Shown in pieces: positions 1 to 8,075 of a stretch of 64,000 nucleotides of DNA. The notes under the pieces are model-generated. The model searched no databases, was not told where the DNA came from, and worked only from the letters and a program-made list of their open reading frames with translations. A program made the translations under genes and the position numbers. How positions within the stretch are numbered: the first letter of the stretch is position 1; each line of letters begins with the position of its first letter. The DNA lies in the NCBI GenBank assembly GCA_964522445.1, contig CAZFUY010000004.1:1-64000 (forward strand). Reading direction: 5' to 3'. The DNA comes from an uncultured Thiotrichaceae bacterium (lineage in GTDB: Bacteria; Pseudomonadota; Gammaproteobacteria; SZUA-229).

Positions 1-735
1 TACATTGCGGGGTTAATTTTACTTGCCGCAGCACCCTGCACCGCTATGGTGTTTGTGTGGAGTAACCTTTCACGAGGCGAACCTCATTTTACACTTTCAC
101 AGGTAGCGCTGAATGATATTATTATGGTGTTTGCTTTTGCGCCCATCGTCGCTTTATTGCTGGGCATGTCATCCATTCATGTGCCCTGGGATACTTTATT
201 ACTTTCTGTTTTACTCTATATAGTTGTGCCTTTGATTATTGCTAATCTGTGGCGACGCAAATTATTGTCAGCCAGTAACGGCCAGCAAAAACTGGAGCAC
301 ACGCTAAAAGTAATTCATCCATGGTCATTGATGGCGCTATTAGCAACACTGGTTCTTCTATTTGGTTTTCAGGGCAAACAGATTATTAGCCAGCCAGTAA
401 TTATTCTATTACTGGCTGTACCCATTTTAATACAGGTATTATTTAATTCAGGACTCGCCTATTTTTTAAATAGAGCGCTACGTTCTCCTCACTGTATTGC
501 CGGACCTTCTGCACTCATCGGTGCCAGTAATTTTTTTGAACTGGCCGTTGCTACTGCAATTGCATTATTTGGTTTTGAATCGGGTGCAGCACTGGCGACT
601 GTCGTTGGTGTTCTAATCGAAGTGCCAGTAATGCTATTTGCTGTACGCATAGTAAATTCAACGCAACACTGGTATGAAAGCCGTGGCGGTATTGCCAGTT
701 ATCAGCAATGTTGTCCTGTAGATGTAGATAAATAG
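1..735 (+). CDS. acr3: ACR3-family arsenite efflux permease, C-terminal part (5' end lies upstream of the window)
   Basis: Frame 1 is open from nt 1 (YIAGLILLAAAPCTAMVFVWS...), so ORF 46..735 starts at an internal Met. The Cys-containing AAPCTAMV motif and polytopic hydrophobic profile fit Acr3/BART permeases. Confidence 0.75.
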   Translation, partial: YIAGLILLAAAPCTAMVFVWSNLSRGEPHFTLSQVALNDIIMVFAFAPIVALLLGMSSIHVPWDTLLLSVLLYIVVPLIIANLWRRKLLSASNGQQKLEHTLKVIHPWSLMALLATLVLLFGFQGKQIISQPVIILLLAVPILIQVLFNSGLAYFLNRALRSPHCIAGPSALIGASNFFELAVATAIALFGFESGAALATVVGVLIEVPVMLFAVRIVNSTQHWYESRGGIASYQQCCPVDVDK

Positions 736-740
736 CAAAT

Positions 741-1625
741 TTAATTATCTCTACAGGCTTCATCTGGTAATTCAAATTCTATGGTCGTATGCGCAAGAGA
801 AAAATGAGCGAGGCGTTTAGTTATTTCCTGTTTAATTAATTTCTGATCATTGGCTGAAATCATATGATCAATTTCCAGGTGCGCCGTAAGAACATGACGC
901 TCACCATCCAGTGACCATAGATGTAAATAATGAACAGCATTGATATGATCAAGTGATGTAAGCTTATGACGAATTTCATCCAGCATTTCATTATCTGGGA
1001 CAGACTGTAAAAATATTTTAATGGTCTGGTAGGTATTTTTTAAAACATTAACCAGAATAAATAATGTAAATGCAATCGATAACACTGGATCCAGTATCGG
1101 CCAGTCATAAAATGTCAAAACAATACTTACAAGAAGTACAGCAACCCAACCAAGCACATCTTCCAGCAAATGCCAGTTTAATACACGTTCATTTAATGTT
1201 TTGCCCTTGCTCATTTTCCAGGCAGCAAAGCCATTAACAGCAACACCCAGAATAGCCAGCCAGAACATTCCCTGAGCATGGGGCATTTCAGGTTCAAGCA
1301 GTCTGGGCAATGCCATTGATAACACCCAGATCGAACCAATAATAAGCACCATGCCATTAATTAGCGCACCTAATAAAGAGAAGCGATAGTAACCATATGT
1401 AAAAGCGTCATCAGGATGTTTAATACTAATTTTACTTAACAGCCAGGCAAGGCCAATAGACAATGTATCGCCAAGATCATGAACAGCATCAGCCATAATG
1501 GCAGTACTGTTTGTTAACATGCCGCCAATAAATTCAATAATGGTAAAAACAAAGTTTAGAAAAAAAGCGACTCGAATACGCTCGGAGCTGACATCATGAT
1601 GATGATGATGATTATGAGCAGCCAT
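741..1625 (-). CDS. Cation diffusion facilitator (CzcD/ZitB-like divalent-metal efflux), full length
   Basis: ORF 741..1679. It has an N-terminal His run (HNHHHHHD), HxxxD pairs in TM2 (HDLGD) and TM5 (HLLED), and a cytoplasmic C-terminal domain. Start moved to ATG 1625 (MAAHNHHHHHD, AGG 5 nt upstream), which overlaps the upstream CDF stop by 14 nt. Confidence 0.8.
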   Translation of the reverse strand: MAAHNHHHHHDVSSERIRVAFFLNFVFTIIEFIGGMLTNSTAIMADAVHDLGDTLSIGLAWLLSKISIKHPDDAFTYGYYRFSLLGALINGMVLIIGSIWVLSMALPRLLEPEMPHAQGMFWLAILGVAVNGFAAWKMSKGKTLNERVLNWHLLEDVLGWVAVLLVSIVLTFYDWPILDPVLSIAFTLFILVNVLKNTYQTIKIFLQSVPDNEMLDEIRHKLTSLDHINAVHYLHLWSLDGERHVLTAHLEIDHMISANDQKLIKQEITKRLAHFSLAHTTIEFELPDEACRDN

Positions 1626-2229
1626 TTTGGCCTGCACTGAGTTCATTTTGAGCATCGACAATAATGTGTCGTGCCCCATTAAAAATAACCAACGCTATCA
1701 AACTACCAATAATTAGATCTGGCCATCGAGAATCCAGTAGCCAGACCAGCAAACCGCCCAGAATGACTCCGCTATTGGCAATGACATCATTTTTAGAAAA
1801 TATCCAGCTAGCACGCATATGCACTTCACCGTCTTTATGTTTTTCTATTAATTTTAGACAATAGATATTGGCTATAAGTGCAATTACACCAACCACCATC
1901 ATAATTGCAGAGACAGGTTCACTACCCATAAAAACACGGCGCAAAATATCCAGCAGAATCATTAGCCCAAGAACAATTTGAAACCAGCCACTGAGCAATG
2001 CCGCATTTGCTTTATGTTGTATGCTTTTACCAATAGCGTACAGACCAATACCATAAACAATAGCATCTGCAAGCATATCAAGCGAATCAGCAATCAAACC
2101 TGTTGACTGTGCATACCAGCCAAGACTAATTTCAAATACAAACATAAACGCATTAATAATCAGCAGACTGATTAATACACCTTTCTGTTCTTTATCTGTT
2201 ACTTCAATTTCACAACCGCAGCCTGACAT
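1612..2229 (-). CDS. Short CDF-family cation transporter (membrane domain only, no cytoplasmic C-terminal domain)
   Basis: 205 aa, about six hydrophobic helices. CDF-like TM2 'IADSLDMLADAIVYG' and TM5 'SKNDVIANSG'. Terminal cysteines (MSGCGCE..., ...NGCS). It ends about 100 aa earlier than canonical CDFs. Confidence 0.7.
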   Translation of the reverse strand: MSGCGCEIEVTDKEQKGVLISLLIINAFMFVFEISLGWYAQSTGLIADSLDMLADAIVYGIGLYAIGKSIQHKANAALLSGWFQIVLGLMILLDILRRVFMGSEPVSAIMMVVGVIALIANIYCLKLIEKHKDGEVHMRASWIFSKNDVIANSGVILGGLLVWLLDSRWPDLIIGSLIALVIFNGARHIIVDAQNELSAGQNGCS

Positions 2230-2239
2230 CTTTTTAGTC

Positions 2240-4156
2240 TCAGGATTTTATGGATTTTTTATTCCATAGAAATATTGCAAGAATAATTAACCCAGATTGA
2301 ACCAGCAAGCCCTGCAAATTTGGATACACACCCAGCAAATCTATACGGAAAAAATTAACCGGACTGGATATAATAACCCCAGCTTCCTGTAGTGCAGCAA
2401 TACCTTTGCCTGCAAATATAATAGCTAGCACAAACATTAAACCGCCGGTGACAGCAAAAAACTGTCGCAATGGCAGACGAACACTATAACGCATAATTAA
2501 CCAGCCAAGCACAGCCAGTACAACAACCGCTGAAACAAAACCACTCAAAGCCATAGACTGCCCTGCTTCATTAGTTTGTGCCCATAACGCCTGATAAAAC
2601 AAAATGGTTTCAAATGCTTCTCGATATACAGCAATAAATGATAAGCCAGTTAAGGTCCATAAAGTGCCCGATGTTAATGCCTTGTGCATACTGTCATCGA
2701 TAAATTTTTTCCACTTTGCAGCACTGGCTTTATCGTGCATCCAGAACCCCACATAAAGTAAAACTAAAGTGGCAACAATAGCGGCAACGCCTTCAGTAAT
2801 TTCACGCGATGCACCGGAAATGTTAATTAATGAAAAAGATGCCCACCAGGTAAGCACGCCCAGCAGAAGCGCACTGATCCATCCTAAATGAATATACACC
2901 AGTCCATCCTGCCGTTTAGTGCGCACCAGAAAAGCCGCCAGTGCAGCAACAATTAATAGCGCCTCTAATCCTTCTCGTAACAGAATAAAAAATGCACTGG
3001 CAAAAGCAGCGCTGCCGGATAAGCTTCTATTATCCAGCAGGTTTTCCGCAAGAGTTAATTTTTCATTAATAAGTGCAATTTCATTTTCAATAACACTAAC
3101 ATTTTCATGTGCGCGAATTTTATTGCGCAACCCCGTCATTAAAATTTCAATCTCAAGACGCAAAGGCTTATCAAATGCATTGATGTTTTGCTCAACCAGC
3201 TCGAACCCTTCAAGATAAGCTTCTACGGCATACTGATAAGATTTTTTATATTCATTATTTTTATAAGCTGTAACAGCATCAGCAAGTCGTTGTTTTGCAA
3301 ATGCCAGTTTAGATTCATTGTCATAAAACAACTCAGGATGATGACGGAGATAGGCCATAATACCAGCACCCTTTTCACCATAAAGATCTTCTGCCTGATC
3401 AGGTGTGGTAATAGTCAGTTTGTTAATATTTAATAATGGGCTATCACTGATATCTATATTTGTTATTTCAATAGCCGATACATCAACGGCCATACTGCCC
3501 ACATAAAAAGCCAGTGACCAGCGATCTTCATCACTCAACTGATCATATGCCTGCATGGCAGTATCATTAACACCCTGTGTAATGGTGCTGTGCAAACCAT
3601 ATAATGTACGCTGTTTATAACGCTCTACATCATGGAAATTAATCGGTGCTGGCTCCATGCCCGTTGCTGCCGGACCATCACCAAAACCATCAACACCATG
3701 ACATGATGCGCACTGCTCAGCATAAAGGTGTTTGGCTTTTTTAAGATCAGGTTGTTTTCGTGGCACAACCATTATCTGATAAGCAGTAATGATTATATGG
3801 TGCATCTGTGATGTCAGCTGGCTTATTTTTTTAGCCGATTCTTTTTGCTGCACCCACAAAAATAATGTTTTGGCATGTTCTGCCAGTTCAGATTTAACCT
3901 GATTTTCCGGAGTATTAGCCTCAGGCAAATCACCAAGCTGCTGAGAAATCCCGGCAGAAAAATCCAGCATCTCAGCATATTCAGCTTTATTAATTACTTT
4001 TCCATCAGCCACAGCACCACGATAATCAACCCCCACATAGTCAATTAACTGCAATAACTGCTGAGTATCAGCCATTAATGGCCGAGAAAAAACAAGAAAT
4101 AGAGCCAGTAAAAAATAAGCAATTACGTTCATAGCAAGGTTGATTCCAGAAGCCAT
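2240..4156 (-). CDS. Cytochrome c / FTR1-family iron permease fusion
   Basis: 638 aa. The N-terminal periplasmic half has a CASCHG haem c site. The C-terminal polytopic half has two RExxE motifs (REGLE, REAFE) typical of FTR1/EfeU permeases. An alternative start is ATG 4132 (MNVIAYFLL...). Confidence 0.8.
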   Translation of the reverse strand: MASGINLAMNVIAYFLLALFLVFSRPLMADTQQLLQLIDYVGVDYRGAVADGKVINKAEYAEMLDFSAGISQQLGDLPEANTPENQVKSELAEHAKTLFLWVQQKESAKKISQLTSQMHHIIITAYQIMVVPRKQPDLKKAKHLYAEQCASCHGVDGFGDGPAATGMEPAPINFHDVERYKQRTLYGLHSTITQGVNDTAMQAYDQLSDEDRWSLAFYVGSMAVDVSAIEITNIDISDSPLLNINKLTITTPDQAEDLYGEKGAGIMAYLRHHPELFYDNESKLAFAKQRLADAVTAYKNNEYKKSYQYAVEAYLEGFELVEQNINAFDKPLRLEIEILMTGLRNKIRAHENVSVIENEIALINEKLTLAENLLDNRSLSGSAAFASAFFILLREGLEALLIVAALAAFLVRTKRQDGLVYIHLGWISALLLGVLTWWASFSLINISGASREITEGVAAIVATLVLLYVGFWMHDKASAAKWKKFIDDSMHKALTSGTLWTLTGLSFIAVYREAFETILFYQALWAQTNEAGQSMALSGFVSAVVVLAVLGWLIMRYSVRLPLRQFFAVTGGLMFVLAIIFAGKGIAALQEAGVIISSPVNFFRIDLLGVYPNLQGLLVQSGLIILAIFLWNKKSIKS

Positions 4157-4162
4157 AGAGCC

Positions 4163-4197
4163 AAAACGTTAATGATAACAATTATCATTAACGTTTT
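4163..4197. promoter_or_regulatory. Fur box inside a 35-bp palindrome, upstream of the FTR1-cytochrome c operon
   Basis: aaaacgttaatgataacaattatcattaacgtttt. The core tgataac-a-attatca (4173-4187) matches the 7-1-7 Fur consensus TGATAAT-N-ATTATCA at 13/14 positions. It lies 7 nt upstream of ATG 4156. Confidence 0.75.
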
Positions 4198-4369
4198 AAA
4201 GAAGTTTCCACTAAATTATTGAGTATAGAAATATGCTATGGTGTAATCTGCAACCACTTTAGATTAAAACTGAATATTTCATGAAATAGAGCTGATAAGC
4301 AATTTTTATAATTATTCACTATAAAAGGCTATTTCAAAGAGATTTCATACTTAATTTGAGAACATAAAT

Positions 4370-5248
4370 ATGCACTTAAACAAGCTCCCCCTCTTGATAT
4401 TTGCTGTTATTTCTTTAGCCCTGCCCAGCATACTTCAGGCTCACAAGAACCATGATACAAGCATCAATCCATTTGTAGTAACCGGGGTGGTAAAAAACAC
4501 TAACAACTCCACTCTACTTGAAGACTTCAGCAACTATTTATCACAACATTCAGGCTACCCTCTAAAAGTCATATTTGCATCAAACTACACAGATCTGTCT
4601 CAAAAAATGCGAAACAACCCATTGGCCATTGGCTGGACCTGTGGTGCTCCTTATGTTCAGGATCATAATATGTATAATCAGCAACTCATTGCTGTACCCA
4701 CTTTTAACCATCAACCCACCTATTACAGTATTGTATTAACTCGCAGTGACCGTAACGAAAAAACACTGGCTGATTTTAAAAATGGCATTCTCTCCTATTC
4801 TGACCCCAGATCTAACTCTGGTTTTTTATCACCCAAACATGCACTTTATAAACAGGGCATTGATATAAATACACATTTTCGCCTGTTACTTAACGCAGGC
4901 AATCATGAGGGAAGCATTGAGGCATTATTAAATGGCCTGTCAGACGTTGCCGCTGTAGATGAATATATATGGCTGGCTTATCTCAAAGATAACCCTAATG
5001 CTAAAAATACATTACGTGAAATAGAACGGATGGGGCCTTATCCATTTACACCGATTGTTGCAAGTAGCGGTGTAACAAAACAGAACATCAGAAAATTAAC
5101 AGCTGCATTAGTCAATATGAAAAATGATAACAAAGGAAGAAACTTATTAAAGAAACTTTATTTAGATGGTTTTGTAAGAAAAACTCATGAATTTTATAAT
5201 CCTATAGAATCCATGCTAAAAGATGTTGATATAAGCACAGGGGATTAA
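4370..5248 (+). CDS. PhnD-like periplasmic substrate-binding protein (phosphate/phosphonate-binding fold family)
   Basis: 292 aa with a signal peptide (MHLNKLPLLIFAVISLALPSILQA). The overall pattern (..GWTCGAPYV.., ..SNSGFLSPK.., ..VAAVDEYIW..) resembles PhnD-type type-2 binding proteins. No ABC permease or ATPase gene is adjacent. Confidence 0.6.
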   Translation: MHLNKLPLLIFAVISLALPSILQAHKNHDTSINPFVVTGVVKNTNNSTLLEDFSNYLSQHSGYPLKVIFASNYTDLSQKMRNNPLAIGWTCGAPYVQDHNMYNQQLIAVPTFNHQPTYYSIVLTRSDRNEKTLADFKNGILSYSDPRSNSGFLSPKHALYKQGIDINTHFRLLLNAGNHEGSIEALLNGLSDVAAVDEYIWLAYLKDNPNAKNTLREIERMGPYPFTPIVASSGVTKQNIRKLTAALVNMKNDNKGRNLLKKLYLDGFVRKTHEFYNPIESMLKDVDISTGD

Positions 5249-5313
5249 CAACTATAAAAATATTTACACTTAAAAACTGGTTTTTAAAAAAGATATCCAG
5301 GCAGGTCAGTGTA

Positions 5314-7998
5314 ATGCTAGTTTTGATGCTAAGCATAGCTTTATTATTGCCCGCATTTTATTTTTACCACACACAAAAATTAGAACTCGAAAAAAGCACA
5401 GAACAACTAGCAAAGCAATTAATTATTTCACTTAGAACATCTATTTCCAAATCCATTTTATTTGAAGAATATTTTGAAGTCTGGCAGTTAATTAATATCC
5501 AGCTAAAAAATAATCAGCAACAAATTAACACGGGGGGTTTATTTAAAATAAGCGAGATAGCAATATTAGATAAAAACAATCATGTTTTTGCTCATAGCTC
5601 ACCAGCTACCCACCCCCTTAAAAAACAATACACTGGTATCACACCAACTCACAAAATACTGCCCATAAATTCAGACAAGATAATAATAACCACTCCAAAA
5701 GATAATATAAACACATGCATACGGCTATATGCCAATGCAATATATCAGGGCAATTCAGATGGCTTAATTATATTGCAACTGGATCTATCATTATTCGACA
5801 AGCTCAATCATCAGCTTATTGTTAACTTCATTCTATATTTCATATTTATTATAATACTCATATTGATAACAGGAATATTATTTGGCGACTGGATTAGCAG
5901 ACCATTAAAAATAATCGAAGAGTCATTAACAAAAATAGGTAGTGGAGAATTACAGATAAAGGAACTCCATCGACGTTATGACGAATATCAGAAGCTCGCT
6001 TTAGCTATAGAAAAAACTGACAAAGAACTATATAACAGCCACTCAAAGATTGATGCCTTATTAGACACAACAAAAGAACGAGAAGAATATCTATCTATAA
6101 TGCTGCACAGCATTGGTGATGCGGTTATTGCCACAGATGCCGATGGATTAATAACTCGAATGAATCCTGTTGCAGAGAAGCTCACGGGCTGGACATTTAA
6201 GAAAGCTCTTGGAAAAACAGTAAATAAAATATTCCCTATTATTGATGCTTCAACTCGAAAAACAATTGAAAACCCAATTGAAAAAGTAATGAGCAATGGT
6301 GAAACAGTATACCTGAGCAACCATACAACACTTATCTCAAAAGATGGAAAAGAATATCATATCGCTGATTCTGCCGCGCCAATTCGTGATGCCAAAAACA
6401 ATATACAGGGCATGGTATTAGTATTTAATGACATTACTGAACAGTATATTTTACGCACTCAGGTAAGCGAACAAAACAGAAAACTACAGCGAATTTTTGA
6501 TGGTATGCAAAGCATTGTAGCCATACTGGATATTGATGGAACACTAACATTCATTAATAACACGCCTCTAAAATTAATTAATTTAGAGCAACAGGATGTG
6601 CTTGGAAGTAAATTATGGAATTTAAGCCTCTTTAATTATGACACCCAAACACAGCAAACTATAAAAAGCGACTGCCTAAAAGCGGCCACAGGTGCTATTA
6701 CATTTAATGACTTTGAACTATTAACACCAGAAGGCTTATTATGGTTTGAATTTTCAGTACACCCTGTTATCAATGAAGATGGAAAAGTAATTCAGCTAGT
6801 TGCTGAAGGACGTGATATTAATCAGCGAAAACAGCAGGAAGAAATTCTCCGGCGCACACAAAAAATGGATGCCATCGGTCAACTTGCAGGGGGAATTGCT
6901 CACGACTTTAATAACCAGCTTGGCGTTGTTATCGGTTATCTTGATATATTACAGGACTCCCTGGAAGATAAAAGACAGTTGAAATGGATAAGCAATTCCA
7001 CACGTGCCACACTACGCTGTATAGATCTGACTCGCCAGCTTCTTGCTTTCTCACGAAATAAATCAGCAGATAAGTCCATTGTAAATATTAATAATTTACT
7101 GCAAGAATTAAAAACAATGATTGCACGTACAGTAACACCCGAAGTTGAAGTTGAATATTTTTTAAATGAAAATCTATGGCTAACAGAAATTGATTGCGGA
7201 GAATTTCAGGATGCCATTTTAAATTTAGTTATCAATGCCCGCGACGCAATGCCTAACGGAGGTAAATTAGTTTTTGAAACATCAAATAAAAGTCTCGATA
7301 AAGACAATGCAAATAACAGGCTAAATATAGATGCTGGTGACTATGTTCAAATAATAATTAGTGATACAGGCCACGGTATGGATAAACAAACACTTGAACA
7401 TATTTTTGAACCTTTCTTCACTACAAAATCTGAAGACAAAGGCACAGGTCTGGGACTTGCCATGGTTTATGGCTTTGTTAACCGCATTGGTGGCAGCATC
7501 CGCTTTTACTCAGAAACCAATATTGGCACAACTATTCGTATGTATCTGCCCCGTAGTACATCCTCTATCATTAGCGATAATAATTACCAGAAAGATATTT
7601 TATTACCAACAGGTAATGAAAACATACTCATTGTAGATGATGAAAAAGATTTATTAGACCTTGCCAGTAAACATCTAACTGACCAGGGTTATCATATTCA
7701 AATAGCTGAAAATGCAAACCAGGCTTTACAGATATTAAAACAGGATTCATCAATTGATTTATTGTTTAGCGATGTTGTTATGCCGGGTGGAATGAATGGC
7801 TATGATCTGGCTGAAAAAGTCACACAGTTATGGCCAGATATAAAAATATTACTGACCTCTGGCTTTACGTCAAAAGCTAAAAATAGTAATAAACCCAACA
7901 GGTTTGATAATAACTTACTGAGCAAGCCTTATCGAAAATCTGAACTGGCAAAATACATCAGGCTAACTCTGGATAAAAAAGATTTAAAACATAGCTAA
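5314..7998 (+). CDS. Hybrid sensor histidine kinase (periplasmic domain-HAMP-PAS-PAS-HisKA-HATPase-REC)
   Basis: 894 aa. It has two TM segments flanking an approximately 170-aa periplasmic region and PAS regions (SIGDAVIATDADGLITRMNPVAEKLTGW). H-box GGIAHDFNNQL, ATPase boxes DTGHGM and GTGLGL. The C-terminal receiver reads ILIVDDE...LLFSDVVMPGGMNG. Confidence 0.85.
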   Translation: MLVLMLSIALLLPAFYFYHTQKLELEKSTEQLAKQLIISLRTSISKSILFEEYFEVWQLINIQLKNNQQQINTGGLFKISEIAILDKNNHVFAHSSPATHPLKKQYTGITPTHKILPINSDKIIITTPKDNINTCIRLYANAIYQGNSDGLIILQLDLSLFDKLNHQLIVNFILYFIFIIILILITGILFGDWISRPLKIIEESLTKIGSGELQIKELHRRYDEYQKLALAIEKTDKELYNSHSKIDALLDTTKEREEYLSIMLHSIGDAVIATDADGLITRMNPVAEKLTGWTFKKALGKTVNKIFPIIDASTRKTIENPIEKVMSNGETVYLSNHTTLISKDGKEYHIADSAAPIRDAKNNIQGMVLVFNDITEQYILRTQVSEQNRKLQRIFDGMQSIVAILDIDGTLTFINNTPLKLINLEQQDVLGSKLWNLSLFNYDTQTQQTIKSDCLKAATGAITFNDFELLTPEGLLWFEFSVHPVINEDGKVIQLVAEGRDINQRKQQEEILRRTQKMDAIGQLAGGIAHDFNNQLGVVIGYLDILQDSLEDKRQLKWISNSTRATLRCIDLTRQLLAFSRNKSADKSIVNINNLLQELKTMIARTVTPEVEVEYFLNENLWLTEIDCGEFQDAILNLVINARDAMPNGGKLVFETSNKSLDKDNANNRLNIDAGDYVQIIISDTGHGMDKQTLEHIFEPFFTTKSEDKGTGLGLAMVYGFVNRIGGSIRFYSETNIGTTIRMYLPRSTSSIISDNNYQKDILLPTGNENILIVDDEKDLLDLASKHLTDQGYHIQIAENANQALQILKQDSSIDLLFSDVVMPGGMNGYDLAEKVTQLWPDIKILLTSGFTSKAKNSNKPNRFDNNLLSKPYRKSELAKYIRLTLDKKDLKHS

Positions 7999-8020
7999 AA
8001 TACCTGTACTAAAAACAAAT

Positions 8021-8052
8021 AAAAAACCACGTCCTTAGAACGTGGTTTTTTA
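8021..8052. terminator. Bidirectional rho-independent terminator between the convergent kinase and czcA genes
   Basis: aaaaaaccacg-tccttagaa-cgtggtttttt: a 7-bp stem with an A-run on one side and a T-run on the other. Confidence 0.7.
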
Positions 8053-8075
8053 TTATCTTAAAGCTGGATTAATAT

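Noticed and set aside
741-4156. Magnetosome-like idea (paired CDFs like MamB/MamM plus a cytochrome)
   Set aside because: No other mam/mms-type genes are present, the haem site is a single ordinary CxxCH fused to FTR1, and the Fur box fits ordinary iron homeostasis.
5230-5313. Open reading frame upstream of the kinase ATG (..LKNWFLKKISRQVSV) that would give a more typical positively charged N-terminus
   Set aside because: There is no ATG, GTG or TTG in that 84-nt in-frame stretch, so ATG 5314 is kept. A non-canonical start cannot be shown from sequence alone.
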